DNA of 64,000 bases from Candidatus Eremiobacteria bacterium (GTDB lineage: Bacteria; Vulcanimicrobiota; Vulcanimicrobiia; Vulcanimicrobiales; Vulcanimicrobiaceae), in NCBI GenBank assembly GCA_963758295.1, contig CAVWUU010000001.1, positions 32,001 through 96,000 of the forward strand, read 5' to 3'. Made by a program: the position numbers and the translations under genes. Positions 48,545 to 56,808 of this stretch are shown here, piece by piece; position 1 is the stretch's first letter; each line of letters opens with the position of its first letter. A model generated the notes under the pieces. That model saw nothing but the letters and a program-made list of their open reading frames with translations. It searched no databases and was not told where the DNA came from.

Positions 48545-49801
48545 ATGGCCCGCGGTGTTTTGCAACTGCGCGATTTTCGCATGCTCTTAGGCGGACAATT
48601 CGTTTCGGATTACGGGCGGCAGCTTTCGATTTTTGCGCTGCCGACAATCGCCATTTTGAGTCTCCATGCACCCGCGTTGACCGTTACCGCGATCAACGGG
48701 CTTGAGTGGGCCGTAATTCCGCTCTTCGCTTTGATTGCGGGGGTGCTGATCGACCGTTGGCAGCGACGACGAACGATGATTGCCGCGAACATCATCCGGA
48801 CGATCGCCCTTGCGACCATTCCCGTAGCCGTCTTCTTTCACGCGCTTTCGGTAGCGCAACTGTTCGCCACGGCGCTCGTCGTGAGTCTCGCGTCGCTGTT
48901 TTTCGACACGGCATATCAACCGTTTCTCGCGTTCCTCGTCGGAAGGCAAGCCTACGCTGAAGGCAACGCGCGGATGACTATGAGCTATTGCGTGGCAAGC
49001 GCCCTAGGCAACGGCACAGGCGGTCCGATAGTTCAAGCGCTAGGCGCTCCGCTTGCCGTTCTCACGAATATCACGACGTACATTACCGGCACGATCGCTC
49101 TTCTCTCGATTCGAAAGCCGGAGATGCGCATTCAAGCGTCCGAGGATCGTTCTTTCCGGCGCGAGTTCCGTGAAGGAGCGCGCATCGTGTGGGGAGATCC
49201 GCTTCTTCGCCGGCTCGCCTTTACGTCGGCGACCTTTTATTTTGGCGGATCGATCGTGGACGCGGTGCTTCCGCTCTACGTCTACCGCTCGCTGCATCAG
49301 ACGCCGCTGTTCTTCGGCGCGATTCTCGCGGTGGCGAGTTGCGGGCTGTTCGGCGGCGCGCTTGCCGCGCGTCTGGCGAAGCGCGCAGGCGCGCTGTCGT
49401 TGTTGCCGTTCGCCATCGTGCTCGTTGCGATCGGGCACGCGATCACGACGGCTGCGGTGCTGCCGGTCGCGGCGATTCTCATCGGCCGCACGCTAATCGC
49501 TTGTGCCGCGCCCACGTACGACGTCATGGTGCAAACGATTGCCACGGAACGCGCTCACGATCATCAACTCGGCCGACTGAACGCGGCCATGCGGACGATT
49601 ACGAATGCCCCGATTCCGCTCGGCTGTATGCTCGGTGGCTTTCTGAGCGGCTTCATCGGATTTCACGGCGCAATGCTTTTCGGTGCGTCCGCGTGCCTAG
49701 TGAGTCTCGTCGTCTTCCTCGCTCTGCAAGCACAAACGGGTAGAAACGATTCGTGCTTGCCCTCGACGACGCCGATCTCCGCAATGCAGTCCGCCGCCTA
49801 G
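48545..49801 (+). CDS. MFS transporter
   Basis: About 12 TM helices with motif A GVLIDRWQRR and FFDTAYQ. Confidence 0.9.
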   Translation: MARGVLQLRDFRMLLGGQFVSDYGRQLSIFALPTIAILSLHAPALTVTAINGLEWAVIPLFALIAGVLIDRWQRRRTMIAANIIRTIALATIPVAVFFHALSVAQLFATALVVSLASLFFDTAYQPFLAFLVGRQAYAEGNARMTMSYCVASALGNGTGGPIVQALGAPLAVLTNITTYITGTIALLSIRKPEMRIQASEDRSFRREFREGARIVWGDPLLRRLAFTSATFYFGGSIVDAVLPLYVYRSLHQTPLFFGAILAVASCGLFGGALAARLAKRAGALSLLPFAIVLVAIGHAITTAAVLPVAAILIGRTLIACAAPTYDVMVQTIATERAHDHQLGRLNAAMRTITNAPIPLGCMLGGFLSGFIGFHGAMLFGASACLVSLVVFLALQAQTGRNDSCLPSTTPISAMQSAA

Positions 49802-50862
49802 CGGTCGATCCCGCGATTGCGGGACGTTACCGCTTAGACCAGGTAATCGAACGCAATTTCGCGGCGCTCGCAAAAATGGCCGAAATGCGGCCGCCCTTGC
49901 AATTTGGTTACAGCGTCAAGACGAACCCCGATCGCGCATTCGTCGCTGCCGCACGTAGCGCCGGGCTCTTTGCAGAAGTAATCAGCCCGCAAGAATTAGC
50001 GCTCGCTTTGGAATTCGGCTTCGGGACGCGGACGATTTATAACGGTCCGTGGCCTGCGTGGCGAGCCGGCGCTTCTCCCGGGATTGTCTTCGCTGACAGC
50101 CTGCAAGCTTTCAACGAAAACGCGCGCCGTTTACCGGACGCTTTGTGCGGCCTTCGTGTGCGACCGGCGAGGATCGAATCGCGCTTCGGCGTTACGCGGG
50201 AACAACTTGGTGAAGTAATTCAGGCGGTTCGTGCGGCCCAGCGCAGTCGCATCGCCGTTTCGTTTCACGTGCGTCCCGAAGATTACGGCGATCGCAGCTG
50301 GCGCGACATCGTTCAAGAAGTCGCAGCTTTCGGCAGGGAGCTAGAACGGAACGCGAGCGCGCGAATTGTCGCCTTCGACGCAGGCGGCGGCCGCACGCCG
50401 GGAGATTTTGACCAAGGTATCGCGGCAGGCGACCTCGCTTGGTTAGCGCAGACCATCACGACGGAGTTGTCCGCCGTCGAAGCAATCTATATGGAGCCGG
50501 GACAAGCGGTCGCGACGCCATGTGCCGTCTATGTCGCTCCGGTGTTGGAACGTCGCCCCGGTGAAGCGATCGTAGCAGCCGGTTATCCGGAGGTCTCGCA
50601 GATTCACGCCTTTCCGCACCGGGTGCTTGCTATCCATGCCGATGGGGAAGTCGAGATGCTGCAAACCGGTGCGGATCGTATATTAGGCAGAACGTGTCTC
50701 GAGTATGACGTCATTCGCAACGACGTTCACCTGCCGTCATCAATGGAGTCTGTAGTAGCAATCGTCGTAGCCGATGCGGGCGCATACGACTCCAGTATGG
50801 CTTTTAGTTTTTCCCTTGGTGGGAATAAGAAGCGCGATGACCTCGGAGCTCCCGGACGCTAG
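49753..50862 (+). CDS. PLP-dependent fold-type III decarboxylase (Orn/DAP/Arg family)
   Basis: YSVKTNP (PLP Lys), AEVISPQE, IYNGP, SRFG, DAGGG, EPG, GRTCLEYD and DAGAY motifs. Confidence 0.85.
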   Translation: MLALDDADLRNAVRRLAVDPAIAGRYRLDQVIERNFAALAKMAEMRPPLQFGYSVKTNPDRAFVAAARSAGLFAEVISPQELALALEFGFGTRTIYNGPWPAWRAGASPGIVFADSLQAFNENARRLPDALCGLRVRPARIESRFGVTREQLGEVIQAVRAAQRSRIAVSFHVRPEDYGDRSWRDIVQEVAAFGRELERNASARIVAFDAGGGRTPGDFDQGIAAGDLAWLAQTITTELSAVEAIYMEPGQAVATPCAVYVAPVLERRPGEAIVAAGYPEVSQIHAFPHRVLAIHADGEVEMLQTGADRILGRTCLEYDVIRNDVHLPSSMESVVAIVVADAGAYDSSMAFSFSLGGNKKRDDLGAPGR

Positions 50863-51802
50863 TTACATCCTTCCGATACGCGCCGCGACAACCAAGCACG
50901 TATCGGAACTCGCCGCTTACTTAGAAACTCTTCAGAATGTCCAAATCGTCGTCGTCGACGCGTCGGAAGACTCGGTCTTTACTACGCATCAAGCCGCTTT
51001 TGGACCGTCGATCGTGCACGTCCGTCCCGACGGCGATATCGTCGGTGCGAACGGAAAAGTTCGCGGCGTTCTAACGGCGCTTCGCTATGTGGCGTGCGAA
51101 AAGATCGTTATTGCCGACGACGACGTTCGTTACGACCGGTGGTCGCTTCGCGCCGTACTTATAGCCTTAGACGATTTCGACATCGTGCGACCGCAGAATT
51201 ACTTCTCGCCGGTGCCGTGGCACGCCGTCCTCGATACGTCGCGCACGCTAATCAATCGTGCACTCGACGGCGACTGGCCCGGAACGCTTGCGTTCAATCG
51301 TTCTTTCGCGCCGCGCGGATACAACCCCGACGCACTATTTGAAAATCTCGAACTCGTTCGGACGGTGAAGGCACGCGGCGGCCGCGAAGCGGTGCGGCGC
51401 GACATTTACGTGCGCCGGCTTCCGCCTGCAACGGATCATTACTTCAGCCAACGCGTCCGGCAAGCGTATGACGAATTCGCGCGCCCCACGCGCCTCGCAA
51501 TCGCGCTCGCCATTCTGCCGGCGTGTATTGCAGGATTTGCGACCGGCCGCGCATGGATTGCGGGCGCCATCGCGCTTGGAGCCATAGCGATGGCGGCCGT
51601 TGGACTAATGACCGGGAACGGATACCGCTATTTTCCATGGATATCGGCGCTCGCGGCACCGCTTTGGGTGGCGGAACGCGCCGGATGCGCGTGGCTTGCG
51701 CTCTATGAACGTATTAGGTTCGGCGGCGTGCGCTATGCGGGCCGCATTGTGAAACATGCCGCGTCGTCGGAACGGGAGCTGCGTCAAAAATGGGCGGTCT
51801 GA
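50837..51802 (+). CDS. GT-A (family 2-like) glycosyltransferase with C-terminal TM helices
   Basis: YILP, VVVDAS, NGKV.GV, IADDDVRY and a QRVRQ (QxxRW-like) motif. Confidence 0.8.
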   Translation: MTSELPDASYILPIRAATTKHVSELAAYLETLQNVQIVVVDASEDSVFTTHQAAFGPSIVHVRPDGDIVGANGKVRGVLTALRYVACEKIVIADDDVRYDRWSLRAVLIALDDFDIVRPQNYFSPVPWHAVLDTSRTLINRALDGDWPGTLAFNRSFAPRGYNPDALFENLELVRTVKARGGREAVRRDIYVRRLPPATDHYFSQRVRQAYDEFARPTRLAIALAILPACIAGFATGRAWIAGAIALGAIAMAAVGLMTGNGYRYFPWISALAAPLWVAERAGCAWLALYERIRFGGVRYAGRIVKHAASSERELRQKWAV

Positions 51803-52581
51803 GCCCGCAACAGTCGCTCTCGCTTTACGCGAGCAAAAATCCCTTCGCAACCGAGTCGGCGCATCGCTGGAGCAATTACTCGGCCTATCTGGACGGCACG
51901 CTCGTACGGCTGCTCGATTGGCGTGAGCCGTCGGGACAGGCCAAGATGGCGCACCACGCGTTGCGTTCCTTCGTTCTTCACGAGCGCTTCTCGTGCGTCG
52001 GCGCAAAGGGCGCTTTCAGCAGCGGCGGGTACCGTTATGGCTTTTACGACGATTTCCCAACGCCAGGCGTCGAAGGGTTGGCTCGCGATTTAGCCGCGTT
52101 CGTTGCGGAGCTTCCGCACATGACCGAGAAGTACAAGTCGTTCGTAGCGGTTTTCAACGCACAGTCGTACGACGAAACGCACTTTGAACGGCAGCTCTGG
52201 CAGCAACTCCAAACGCTGCATGAAGTGGATCGTCGCTATTTTGATTGGAACGAGGAAGTTTCAAGCGATCCCGCGGATTCGCGATTTGCGTTCAGCGTAG
52301 CGGGACACCCGTTTTTCGTCGTCGGTATGCATCCGGGCGCATCGCGCCTGTCGCGGCGGTTCGCCTTTCCTACCCTGGTCTTCAACTCACACCAAATGTT
52401 TGAAGGCCTAAAGCAATCGGGCCATTTTCAGCGCATTCAAGAACACGTGCGGGCGCGCGAAATCGAATTGCAAGGGTCACTTAATCCGAACTTGGCCGAC
52501 TATGGTATCGCAAGCGAGGCGCGCCAATACTCCGGCCGCGCGGTTGAGGAAAGCTGGAAGTGTCCGTTTCACCGGTCTTGA
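51790..52581 (+). CDS. YqcI/YcgG family heme-dependent guanidino N-hydroxylase (GntA/DcsA-like)
   Basis: FSCVGAK, FERQLWQQLQ.LH, SSDP....FAFS..G.PFFVVGMHP..SRLSRRF.FPTLVFN.H and SEARQYSGR motifs. Confidence 0.85.
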   Translation: MGGLSPQQSLSLYASKNPFATESAHRWSNYSAYLDGTLVRLLDWREPSGQAKMAHHALRSFVLHERFSCVGAKGAFSSGGYRYGFYDDFPTPGVEGLARDLAAFVAELPHMTEKYKSFVAVFNAQSYDETHFERQLWQQLQTLHEVDRRYFDWNEEVSSDPADSRFAFSVAGHPFFVVGMHPGASRLSRRFAFPTLVFNSHQMFEGLKQSGHFQRIQEHVRAREIELQGSLNPNLADYGIASEARQYSGRAVEESWKCPFHRS

Positions 52582-53144
52582 CGCGCCTGGAGCCGCAAAC
52601 CGGGACGGCGGTCGTTCTCCGCGCCGGTGAGACATTGCGCATTGTAGATCCATGCGGCGAGCAGGTTGCCGACGTGGCGATTTTCTCGCTTGCCGACCCG
52701 CGCGACTCATTTTCGCCGGGCCGCACGATGGACTATAACGAGCGGCTGGTCCCGCAAATCGGCGATATGCTGTATTCGCACCGCAGCACGCCGCTGATGC
52801 GCGTCACCGCCGATACTGTCGGCGTGCACGATCTTCTGTTAGCGCCATGCAGCGGAACGATGTTCGCACGACGAGGCGAGCTCGATCATCGAAGCTGTCA
52901 CGAGAACCTTTATAGCGCGCTCGAACCCTTCGGACTCGATTCCGACGATGTCGCGGCAACGCTGAACGTCTTCATGGACGTGCGCGTGGAACAAAACGCG
53001 ATTCGCCTCTATCCGCCGCCCAGTAAAGCCGGCGATTCGTTCGAGCTCACCGCCGAAATCGATTGCATCGTCGGAGTTGCGGCGTGCTCGTCCGAATTGA
53101 CGAACAACGGCCGGTGCAAACCGATCTGTTTTAGCGTGATCTAG
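52560..53144 (+). CDS. DUF1989 urea-carboxylase-associated family protein
   Basis: L.IVD..GEQVAD, DTVGVHDLLLAPCS, CHENL, LNVFM and ACSSELTNNG motifs. Confidence 0.88.
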   Translation: MSVSPVLTRLEPQTGTAVVLRAGETLRIVDPCGEQVADVAIFSLADPRDSFSPGRTMDYNERLVPQIGDMLYSHRSTPLMRVTADTVGVHDLLLAPCSGTMFARRGELDHRSCHENLYSALEPFGLDSDDVAATLNVFMDVRVEQNAIRLYPPPSKAGDSFELTAEIDCIVGVAACSSELTNNGRCKPICFSVI

Positions 53145-54490
53145 TTTTCGGACGTGGGGAAGCGCATCGTGACGCGCGTTCCCTGGTGCGGGCCGCTTTC
53201 GAGCGAGATGGATCCGCCGACGCGCTCAACGGCGCGCTTCGCAATGGCAAGACCAAGTCCGGAGCCGTCGACTTGCGTGCGTGACGTGCCGCGGTAAAAC
53301 CGATCGAAGGCGTGCTCCACATCGACCGACTGCATGCCGGGACCGTTATCGGAGACGACGATTTGGGTGCCCGGTCCGGCGTCTTCAACCCTCACTTGAA
53401 TCGGCGACTCGGGCGCGTAGCGTACCGCATTTTCGACGACGTTCTTGATCGCTTCATAAAGTTCGGTATCGTCGGCAACGACCGATGCCGTGCCGTCGCC
53501 TTGAAATTCAATGCGATCGCCGGCGAGCGGACGCAGCGCGTCGACCGCGCGGGCAGCGACGGAACTCAGATCCACTCGCTCGAGCGACCGTTCCGGTTCG
53601 CGTTCCATCCGGGCCAGCAAGATTAGTTTTTCGATGATGGTCCGCATTTTGCGCGTTTCATCGAGCATCGTCTCGTGTACGCGGCCCACCGCGTCAGAAT
53701 CTTTAACGACACCCTGGCGCAGCGCATCTAAATACCCCATGAAAATCGTCAACGGAGTGCGCAACTCGTGCCCGGCATCCGCGATAAACTGTCGCATTTC
53801 CGCCGACTGGCGCTGTTGTTCGGCGGTGGCTGCGTTCAGCCGGTAGGCGACATCGTTATATGCCGCCGTAAGATCGTAAAGACCGGAGCCGTGCTCCAGG
53901 AGCAGCTTCGGCGTGAAATCGCCGCCCGCAATGCCGCGAAGCGCGCCCGTTACATCGGAGAGCGGTGAAATGGCGCGCCGCGTAATCGCGCGGCCGACAA
54001 TCCAGGCGATCAACACGCAAATTGCGCCGATCGGCGCCATGATCGACCAATAATGCGCAATCGAACGGCCAAACGCGTCGAAGTCCGGCTGCATCACGAC
54101 GAAACCGCCGCTAACGCGCAGGATCCGGCGATGGACGTTCATCAGTTCGGCGAGACTGCGGCCGACGGAGTCGGGATGATCGACGTAGTTGCCCGCTAAA
54201 CGGGTTCGCTTCGCGTCGTAAACCCCAATGTGAATGCGTGAGTGTGCTTCGTCGTTCGCAAGGCTTTTCGCATATTGTTGGAGCGTTTTATGCTGCGCCT
54301 GATAATACACGACGCGCTGCGTTACGCGTGCCGTCGCGCTATCTACGCTGTCATTCAAGGAGCCGGCGTAGCTAATGAACGCTAGAATCGAGGAAGCGCC
54401 GACGACGACCGCAATCAGCACGACTGCCAGAACGACGTACCCTGCCGTTAGGCGCCGCGCGAAGGGCCGAAATCGCGGTTCACTCGGCAC
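53141..54490 (-). CDS. HAMP sensor histidine kinase
   Basis: Two TM helices, HAMP, AGHELRTPL, NAVRY, DNGPG and GSGLGL motifs. Confidence 0.92.
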   Translation of the reverse strand: MPSEPRFRPFARRLTAGYVVLAVVLIAVVVGASSILAFISYAGSLNDSVDSATARVTQRVVYYQAQHKTLQQYAKSLANDEAHSRIHIGVYDAKRTRLAGNYVDHPDSVGRSLAELMNVHRRILRVSGGFVVMQPDFDAFGRSIAHYWSIMAPIGAICVLIAWIVGRAITRRAISPLSDVTGALRGIAGGDFTPKLLLEHGSGLYDLTAAYNDVAYRLNAATAEQQRQSAEMRQFIADAGHELRTPLTIFMGYLDALRQGVVKDSDAVGRVHETMLDETRKMRTIIEKLILLARMEREPERSLERVDLSSVAARAVDALRPLAGDRIEFQGDGTASVVADDTELYEAIKNVVENAVRYAPESPIQVRVEDAGPGTQIVVSDNGPGMQSVDVEHAFDRFYRGTSRTQVDGSGLGLAIAKRAVERVGGSISLESGPHQGTRVTMRFPTSEN

Positions 54491-55163
54491 GAATCGTATA
54501 CCCGGCTCCGCGAACGGTTTGGATCAGCGGCCGGCGGAAGCCGTCGTCGATCTTTCCGCGCAAATAGGATATGTAACGCTCGACCGCATTCGTTCCAACT
54601 TCCTTATCGTTACCCCAGACCAGATCCAACAATTCGTCGCGCGTGAAGACGCGGCGCGGACGGCGAATAAGCGTGGTAAGCAAATCAAATTCGAGCGGTG
54701 AAAGGTCGACACGCTTTCCGGCTCTGGTTACCGTGTGTTCGTCGAGATTCACGAGCACGTCGTCGTAGCTAAGAATGTTGCGCTGTTCCAGCCGCGGGCG
54801 GCGCAGCTTCGCCTCCAAGTGTGCGAGCAGCTCGGACATTTCAAACGGTTTGGACAAGTAATCGTCCGCGCCGTGGCTCAATCCCTCGACTTTGCTTTCC
54901 ACTTCACCGCGGGCCGAAAGCATGATTACCGGCGCTTCGGTCACGCGTCGAAGCATGGGCAGCAGCTCGATGCCGCTGATCATTGGCATCATGACGTCGA
55001 GCACGATCAAATCCGGTTCCCAATCGCGAACGAGTTCAAGGCCGGCAGGCCCATCGGGCGCGGTGCGCACGGCGTAGCCATGGTGCCCGAGAGTCAGTTC
55101 AAGTAACTCGCGGATCCTCGGTTCGTCGTCTATTACGGCGACGCGCGGTTGGAGGTCGGTCAT
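54480..55163 (-). CDS. OmpR/PhoB-family response regulator (MprA-like)
   Basis: REC domain plus winged helix (LSPLEFDLL, YISYLRGKID, IQTVRGAGY). ATG at 55163. Confidence 0.93.
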   Translation of the reverse strand: MTDLQPRVAVIDDEPRIRELLELTLGHHGYAVRTAPDGPAGLELVRDWEPDLIVLDVMMPMISGIELLPMLRRVTEAPVIMLSARGEVESKVEGLSHGADDYLSKPFEMSELLAHLEAKLRRPRLEQRNILSYDDVLVNLDEHTVTRAGKRVDLSPLEFDLLTTLIRRPRRVFTRDELLDLVWGNDKEVGTNAVERYISYLRGKIDDGFRRPLIQTVRGAGYTIRAE

Positions 55164-55189
55164 TCTGCTCCAAAATCTATCGCGTGAGC

Positions 55190-55207
55190 TTGAAAGCGGC
55201 TTGAGAG
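55190..55207 (-). promoter_or_regulatory. Putative OmpR-family tandem direct-repeat box upstream of the response regulator
   Basis: TTGAAAG (55190) and TTGAGAG (55201) are 11 bp apart, with a TAGATT -10-like hexamer downstream on the minus strand. Confidence 0.4.
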
Positions 55208-55357
55208 GCGCGCTTGGCTTTCTTGCAAACGCGGTTTCCGGCAAGGCGCTGCGGTGGTCCTTACCGCGATCGTTTCCCTTCCACACCCCTTCGACCATTT
55301 GCTTCACATACGCGCACTTCACACGCTGCGCGAAGTTTCGGTCGGATATCGGCGGTG

Positions 55358-55723
55358 ATGCGCAATATCGTTCCTTCGCGACCGACGTCGCCGGCCCGGC
55401 TCTCGGAGCGCGCGAATGCCGCTATACAAGGCGGACTGCTGCGCTTTCACGTGGACACGCGGCGGTTTCAACCGTATACAACATCGAGTATTATTTGTTC
55501 TTACGCCCGCTCGAAAAGCTCGACGTCCCACACGTACGCAGAAGCGCGGCAATCGTTGGCGGCCGCATTATTCGCGCGCTTGGAGATTCACAAAGCGGAC
55601 ATTTTTCGGCGTGGCATCAACGATGATCCAGACGTGCTCGACTGCGTCGCGGGGCGCTTATTGCGACGCTTGACGTCACGACCATTCGACTATTTTCGCG
55701 GCAAGGCGCACACGTGGGCGTAA
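55358..55723 (+). CDS. Possible small hypothetical protein
   Basis: Open frame filling the intergenic gap, with no recognisable motif. Confidence 0.3.
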   Translation: MRNIVPSRPTSPARLSERANAAIQGGLLRFHVDTRRFQPYTTSSIICSYARSKSSTSHTYAEARQSLAAALFARLEIHKADIFRRGINDDPDVLDCVAGRLLRRLTSRPFDYFRGKAHTWA

Positions 55724-55844
55724 TACGGCGTCCTTTCACAACGACTAGGTGCGAAATGCATCTAAGCCACCGCTTTCCTAAGAACTAGGGTTCCAAGCAA
55801 GCAGCGTGCAATTTCGATGGACCTTGCTATGGAGGGGTGTCCAC

Positions 55845-56765
55845 ATGCATTTGGGTCGATCGCGCACTTTCAATTCCACGTCCGTCGCCTTGTTTTGTTC
55901 GCTTCTCGCCGCGTGCGGGGGCGGTGGAGGATCGAGCGGCGGTGGTTCGTTGCCGGGGCCCACGCCTTGTCCATCGGGCTTTACCGGTAGTCCGCCGAAT
56001 TGCACCGCACGTCCGACGACGACGACGGCAAAAGGCACGTTGGTCGACGACGTTTCCGGCGCACCGCTTTCCGGCGTGAAAGTCGAAGTGCAGCCGTGGA
56101 CTACCTATCCTACGCCCGGCCCGAGCCCAACGCCGATCGCCGTTTCCACGACAGCAGCGGATGGTTCGTTCACCGTCTCGCAACCGAACGGCACGTACAT
56201 GCTAGTGATTGGCTCCGATAGTTCGAGCGACACCGTTCGCCCGACCATCCACGACAAAATCACGCTCAACGGCCAAACCACTCTCATCGCTCCCACGCCG
56301 GCGCCTTTTCCGTTGGTGACGCCTTCTGCGATTCAACTAAGCGGCCACTATCGTCTGGCAACGCTTGACCCAACCGCAGAATTGCCTTGCGTTACGAGCT
56401 TCCAGGGGCAGCGCGTTTCTCGCTCGCTTTCAAACCGGTTGTTGACCAGTGGTTAGCTCGAGAATAACCGGCTCGACTTTGCGATAGTATCCAATGTCGC
56501 GTTTTCCGGAGGAATGGCTTCAGCGAGTAATCCGTACGCGTTTTAACTCTCGTACCTATCACGTCTCGGAGCAGGGTATTTCGAGCTGTGCTTCGATCGC
56601 TGCGGATGCCCTGGCACTAAACTTTCGACGCATCTCAAGCGGGCGTTATATGGATATGGTGGCCTTTACCGAGCTTATCAAAACGGCGGTGAAGGTTTGG
56701 GCGTTCTTCAGTATCCAGAGGATCCTCGAATAGTCGTCGATCCGAACGCGATAAGTTGGTATTAG
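55845..56765 (+). CDS. Lipoprotein with carboxypeptidase-regulatory-like domain and possible CAP-like C-terminus; frameshifted after ~56435
   Basis: GGAGGG RBS, lipobox LAAC, GTLVD..SGAPLSGVKV...TTAADGSF. Protein-like continuation in shifted frames ends ...DPRIVVDPNAISWY at TAG 56765. Confidence 0.55.
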
Positions 56766-56808
56766 ACAAAGAATGATTGTACGCCGGTCGTTGCTCGTAT
56801 CGACTTCG

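Noticed and set aside
55724..55844. Possible c-di-GMP riboswitch (hairpin with GAAA-containing loop) before the lipoprotein
   Set aside because: It lacks the GGCAAA...GACGCAAA core and second-stem pattern of the c-di-GMP-I class. Only a short hairpin is supportable.
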